From contig CAWCNJ010000004.1 of NCBI GenBank assembly GCA_963796955.1, forward strand, positions 32,001 to 96,000: a DNA stretch of 64,000 nt, written 5' to 3'. Position 1 is the stretch's first letter. The number at the start of each line of letters is the position of its first letter. This document shows positions 60,038-64,000 of the stretch, piece after piece. Source of the DNA: Endomicrobiales bacterium (lineage in GTDB: Bacteria > Elusimicrobiota > Endomicrobiia > Endomicrobiales > JALOBY01). The position numbers and the translations under genes were made by a program. The notes beneath the pieces are model-generated. The model made no database searches and was not told the DNA's origin. It worked only from the letters and a program-made list of their open reading frames with translations.

Positions 60038-60994
60038 ATGATGCGTAAGATATTGATAATAGCAACGATCGTTGTGCTGGCATTCTGTGTGTGGCTGTTC
60101 CATGCGCCGGGCGAGCCCGTGAGCGTGCTGATACCAGAAGGTTCATCCGGCAAAGAGATCGGCGCGGTGCTGCAGGACGCCGGCGTGATCTATTCAAGAA
60201 AGCTCTTTGTGGTTGCGCTGCGCCTTACGGGCAGTACGCGCAGGCTGAAGACCGGGCTTTACAAATTCGTGCCGCGGCACGGTATCGTCGGGGCCTTCTG
60301 GAAGATAACACACGGACGTTCCGAACAGGCGCTTATTACCATCCCGGAAGGCTTTACCGCCGCCGACATCGCTAAGAAATTGGCCGGTATGCAGATAGTG
60401 AAGGAAAAGGATTTCCTTTCTTATGTTCAGGCCAATTCCCTTGAAGGACGTTTGTTCCCGGAAACCTATTATTTTGCCATCGGTATGCGGGCGAAAGACG
60501 CGGCAGACAAGATGGTCGCGCAGTTCAATAAACATTTTACGCCGGAGATGATCGAACAAGCCCGCTCTTCAAAGCTCGGCGAGAATGGCGTGCTGACGCT
60601 GGCCTCTATCGTTGAAAAAGAAGCTATGCGTAACGAAGAACGCCCGTTGATAGCAGGTGTTTTCATGAATCGTTTGAAAAAACGCATGTACCTGGAATCG
60701 TGCGCAACCGTGCAGTACGCTCTTGGCGAACATAAGACTTGCCTGCGGTACAAGGACACTCAGATTGATTCCCCTTTTAATACGTACCGCCACGTAGGCC
60801 TGCCGCCCGCGCCGATCTGCAACCCGGGAATGGCCTCCATTAACGCCGCTCTTAACCCCGCGGTTACCGAAGACATGTTCTTTGTAGCAGCTGATTCCGG
60901 TACGCATGTGTTTTCCCGTTATTATTCGCAACATTTAAAAAGTAAGCAAGAGATCAAAAAAATGAAAAAAAAGAAGGCTCATCATGGCTATTAG
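60038..60994 (+). CDS. mltG: Endolytic transglycosylase MltG
   Basis: TIPEG, LEGRLFPETY, ASIVEKE, SPFNTY..GLPP.PICNPG. Confidence 0.96.
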   Translation: MMRKILIIATIVVLAFCVWLFHAPGEPVSVLIPEGSSGKEIGAVLQDAGVIYSRKLFVVALRLTGSTRRLKTGLYKFVPRHGIVGAFWKITHGRSEQALITIPEGFTAADIAKKLAGMQIVKEKDFLSYVQANSLEGRLFPETYYFAIGMRAKDAADKMVAQFNKHFTPEMIEQARSSKLGENGVLTLASIVEKEAMRNEERPLIAGVFMNRLKKRMYLESCATVQYALGEHKTCLRYKDTQIDSPFNTYRHVGLPPAPICNPGMASINAALNPAVTEDMFFVAADSGTHVFSRYYSQHLKSKQEIKKMKKKKAHHGY

Positions 60995-62183
60995 AAAAGT
61001 GTATCTGGATCATAGCGCCACGACGCCCGCAAGACCGGAAGTCGTAGAGGCGATGAAACCTTATTTTACCGACATATTCGGCAATGCCTCCAGTTTGCAT
61101 ACTTTCGGGCAGGAATCGCGCAAGGCTTTGGCCGATGCCCGTGAAAGCATTGCGGCTCAGATAGGCGCGAAAGCCGACGAGATAGTGTTCACGGGGTGTG
61201 GTACTGAATCCGACAATATGGCTCTGAAAGGTGTTGCCTGGGCAAATAAGGAGAAGGGAAACCATATTATTACAACGCAGATAGAGCATCACGCCATCCT
61301 TTATACCTGCGAATATCTGGAGGCGCAGGGTTTTAAGGTTACGTACCTTGAAGTGGATAAAAACGGCAGGCTTGACCCTGAAGCCGTTCGCAAAGCCATG
61401 ACGCCGCACACCATTTTAGTAAGTGTTATGCATGCCAATAACGAGGTCGGCGCTATACAGCCTATCACCGAGATAGGCCAGATAATTGCCGCAGAGAACG
61501 CCAACCGCAATCATCCCGGCATGCCGCAGGTTTATTTTCATACGGACGCGGTGCAGTCCGCCGGCAAACTAAAGCTGAACGTAAACGAGCTTAAGGTGGA
61601 TATGCTTTCCGTTTCAGCCCACAAATTTTACGGCCCCAAAGGCGTCGGTATGCTCTATGTGCGCCGCGGCACGAACATGACACCCTTATTTCACGGCGGC
61701 CATCATGAGCATAACCGCCGGGCCGGCACAGAAAATACTGCCGGCATAGTGGGCATGGCGAAAGCTCTTGTTATGAGCAACCAGGAGATGGATGTTGAAC
61801 AAAGCCGCCAGCGGTCGCTGCGCGACAAGCTGGAAAAAGGTGTTCTTGCTGCGATCCCTGAAGTAGTGGTAAACGGTGCCGGGGAAAACCGTGTGGCAAA
61901 TGTTCTTAATTGCAGTTTCCAGGCGATAGAAGGCGAGGGATTGCTGCTGTCCCTGGATCTTGAAGGTATAGCTGTTTCCACCGGTTCCGCCTGCGCCTCG
62001 GGTTCCTCCGAGCCTTCCCACGTACTTAAAGCCATGTGCGTCGACACCGCACTAGCCCAAGGAACGGTAAGGTTCTCCCTTGGCCGCCACACCACCGATG
62101 AAGACATAACCTACGTCCTGGAAGTTTTGCCGCGTGTTGTAGCCCGCCTGCGTAGCATGTCGCCACTTTGGAAGGGGCAATGA
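60984..62183 (+). CDS. nifS: Cysteine desulfurase (class I, NifS/IscS)
   Basis: YLDHSATT, HTDAVQ, SAHKFYGPKG, STGSAC. Confidence 0.96.
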   Translation: MAIRKVYLDHSATTPARPEVVEAMKPYFTDIFGNASSLHTFGQESRKALADARESIAAQIGAKADEIVFTGCGTESDNMALKGVAWANKEKGNHIITTQIEHHAILYTCEYLEAQGFKVTYLEVDKNGRLDPEAVRKAMTPHTILVSVMHANNEVGAIQPITEIGQIIAAENANRNHPGMPQVYFHTDAVQSAGKLKLNVNELKVDMLSVSAHKFYGPKGVGMLYVRRGTNMTPLFHGGHHEHNRRAGTENTAGIVGMAKALVMSNQEMDVEQSRQRSLRDKLEKGVLAAIPEVVVNGAGENRVANVLNCSFQAIEGEGLLLSLDLEGIAVSTGSACASGSSEPSHVLKAMCVDTALAQGTVRFSLGRHTTDEDITYVLEVLPRVVARLRSMSPLWKGQ

Positions 62184-62204
62184 GCGGGAATAAGGCAATG
62201 GACG

Positions 62205-62227
62205 GTAAAAATATGATATACTTTTAC
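62205..62227 (+). promoter_or_regulatory. Extended -10 promoter inside a palindromic operator of the MNT-HEPN module
   Basis: GTAAAAATAT-gat-ATACTTTTAC (9/10 inverted repeat) covering TGnTATACT, 6 nt before ATG. Confidence 0.6.
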
Positions 62228-62228
62228 T

Positions 62229-62495
62229 ATGATAACAGAAATTGATAAGAATGCCATCAAGGAAATATCGAATAAGTACCACGCGAGCAGGGTGCTGCTG
62301 TTCGGTTCGAGTGCTATTCCCGACAGGAAAAGCAACGACATCGACATCGCGGTTGAAGGAATTGCACCGGCGGATTACTACCGTTTTTACGGAGAACTGA
62401 TGTTCGCGTTATCCAAGCCCGTCGATGTGGTGGACCTTTCCGGGAACTCCAAGTTCATACAACTTATCAAGCGTGAAGGCATTGTTCTGTTATGA
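62229..62495 (+). CDS. Minimal nucleotidyltransferase antitoxin (MntA-like)
   Basis: LFGS...NDIDIAV...VDVVDL; 88 aa. Confidence 0.92.
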   Translation: MITEIDKNAIKEISNKYHASRVLLFGSSAIPDRKSNDIDIAVEGIAPADYYRFYGELMFALSKPVDVVDLSGNSKFIQLIKREGIVLL

Positions 62496-62908
62496 ACGAT
62501 CATCGCAAAAAAGTGGAAGCGGAATTCGAAGCGATAGAGAAGCTCATCGCGACGCTGCCTGTTGTGCCGGATTACTCGCAGCTTTCCCAGCTTGAGCTCG
62601 CCGGCGTGGCAGCCTTGATACATAATTTTTATAACGGTGTAGAGAATATATTAAAACAAATTTACGTTGCAAGGGAGATCGATCTGCCGCTGGGACAGTC
62701 ATGGCATCAAGAGCTGCTCAGCGGCTCGGTGCGTTCACTCATAATCTCAGAGTTTTTGGCTAACGAATTGAAGAGATTCCTTGCCTTCAGGCATTATTTC
62801 AGTCACGCATATGCGCTGGATCTATATCCAGACCGTATTCAACCTCTCGCTATTGATATCTCATCTATTTATAAAACCTTTAATAACGAAATATCGAAAC
62901 AACTTTAG
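62492..62908 (+). CDS. HEPN RNase toxin (HepT-like)
   Basis: FYNGVE, WHQELL and RX4HXY (RHYFSHAY); ATGA overlap with the MNT gene. Confidence 0.9.
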   Translation: MNDHRKKVEAEFEAIEKLIATLPVVPDYSQLSQLELAGVAALIHNFYNGVENILKQIYVAREIDLPLGQSWHQELLSGSVRSLIISEFLANELKRFLAFRHYFSHAYALDLYPDRIQPLAIDISSIYKTFNNEISKQL

Positions 62909-62972
62909 ACAGCCATTAGGGTAAACAATGACCTGGGGCGAATGGGACGCGCAACCTAAAATGAGTTTTATT

Positions 62973-63006
62973 ACCACCCGGCGAAGATCCGCTCGGTGGT
63001 TTTTTC
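62973..63006 (+). terminator. Probable Rho-independent terminator
   Basis: ACCACC-cg-GCG...CGC-tc-GGTGGT followed by a T-run. Confidence 0.65.
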
Positions 63007-63105
63007 GTTATGTGCGCAGCAAAACCCTGAAAGAAGATTTGTCATGAAGTCGAGCTGCTGATATCGATATGTCCTGATATTAAAAATGAAAATAGGAATA
63101 AGTTG

Positions 63106-64000
63106 ATGGCGGATTTAATGGATTGTGAAAATACACTCATTTTAATTAAAGGTAGCGATAAAACAACGGAAATAGATAGTTGCAGCTATCGGAATAATAG
63201 GTACGATGTTAAATTTCGCAATAACTCAAAAACTTATCAATATCAACGCAATAGTGTCACGTTCTTGAGTGATCCTGGTTTGATAGATGGTGCTGACACT
63301 ATTGTTTATATCAATGACAAGCATTGTGCAGATGTAGTAAAGGTGTTAGATTTCGGCTCGCATGTGAGAGTATGTTTCCGGACACATAATTCTGTCGTTT
63401 ATAGGAAAGAAGACGTAAGGGTTTGTCAATCATGTTTGAATGATGCTCGGGCGAGGATTTGTTTTGAGTACATAAAGGAAATATCTGCGTATCATAAAAT
63501 CAGTGATGAGGTTAACGACGAGAGCGCAACTCCATTTTTAAGGAGACAATACGACAGTATAGCTAAATTACATGAAGATAGTATTCTTGCGACATATCTA
63601 AGGAAAAAATCGATCCTCAAAACGTTGTGGAATGTACCTTTTGTATTTCCATTCGGATTTAACATTAGTCAAAAACGTGCTGTCGAAACAGCGTTGAGTA
63701 GTAGTGCAAGTATAATTGAGGGGCCACCAGGTACAGGAAAGACTCAGACCATTTTGAATATCATTGCTAATGCGATTGTGGCCGGAAAGACATTGGCAAT
63801 TGTCTCAAACAATAATTCTGCTATAGATAATGTGCAGGAGAAACTTCGAAAAGAAGGGCTTGATTTTTTTACAGCATTTTTAGGCAATAGAGAAAACAAG
63901 GAAAAGTTCTTTGAAAATCAAAATCATGCATACCCAGATTTTGTAGCGTGGAAGTTAGAGGATAAAGCAGTATCTAAGCTGCAAAAAGAAATTGCTGCTT
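63106..64000 (+). CDS. Superfamily 1 (DNA2/NAM7-like) helicase, runs off window (not in ORF track)
   Basis: Hand translation: MADLMDCENTLILIK...FPFGFNISQKRAV...EGPPGTGKTQTILNII...VSNNNSAIDNV; AT-rich. Confidence 0.9.
   Translation, partial: MADLMDCENTLILIKGSDKTTEIDSCSYRNNRYDVKFRNNSKTYQYQRNSVTFLSDPGLIDGADTIVYINDKHCADVVKVLDFGSHVRVCFRTHNSVVYRKEDVRVCQSCLNDARARICFEYIKEISAYHKISDEVNDESATPFLRRQYDSIAKLHEDSILATYLRKKSILKTLWNVPFVFPFGFNISQKRAVETALSSSASIIEGPPGTGKTQTILNIIANAIVAGKTLAIVSNNNSAIDNVQEKLRKEGLDFFTAFLGNRENKEKFFENQNHAYPDFVAWKLEDKAVSKLQKEIAA

Noticed and set aside
62933..62956. Reverse complement resembles a degenerate tRNA 3' end (possible att scar)
   Set aside because: No TTCRA T-loop, no CCA, no matching tRNA in the window; too short to support

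Overview
A gene-dense bacterial chromosome segment using the standard genetic code; gene content and style suggest an anaerobic Elusimicrobiota/Endomicrobiia-like genome (inference only). Most of it is housekeeping operons: the end of the atp operon; tilS-ftsH-folE-folP-cdaA-(mini cdaR)-glmM-pdxJ-glmS-acpS-nnrD-...-thiL-tsaE-tsaB; tmk-holB-PSP1-metG-tatD-radical SAM-3D; manC/pgm-...-hisS; thrC-cinA-ruvX-thpR; mltG-nifS. Accessory patches interrupt these: a Fic/toxin-antitoxin islet (2.8-5.0 kb), a phosphorelay operon ending in an orphan PilB/GspE ATPase (42.1-50.0 kb), a TolC-ACP-ligase-GNAT cassette (55.9-59.9 kb), and an AT-rich MNT-HEPN plus SF1 helicase island at the right edge. I saw no rRNA, tRNA, CRISPR array, integrase or transposase. 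Most notable observations: (1) a stand-alone MamI-like membrane protein outside any magnetosome cluster; (2) an unannotated 32-aa CdaR reduced to its membrane helix; (3) local C/A-to-G/T strand-skew flips centred on accessory-gene junctions; (4) a 16-bp duplication of a nitroreductase 3' end flanking integrase-less cargo; (5) two inverted 5x GATC arrays with 9-bp period; (6) a ~130-bp G-U-rich hairpin element; (7) a probable ATT start for cinA. Three single-base homopolymer frameshifts, one in atpD, suggest sequencing errors. All family calls come from motif recognition, not database searches.
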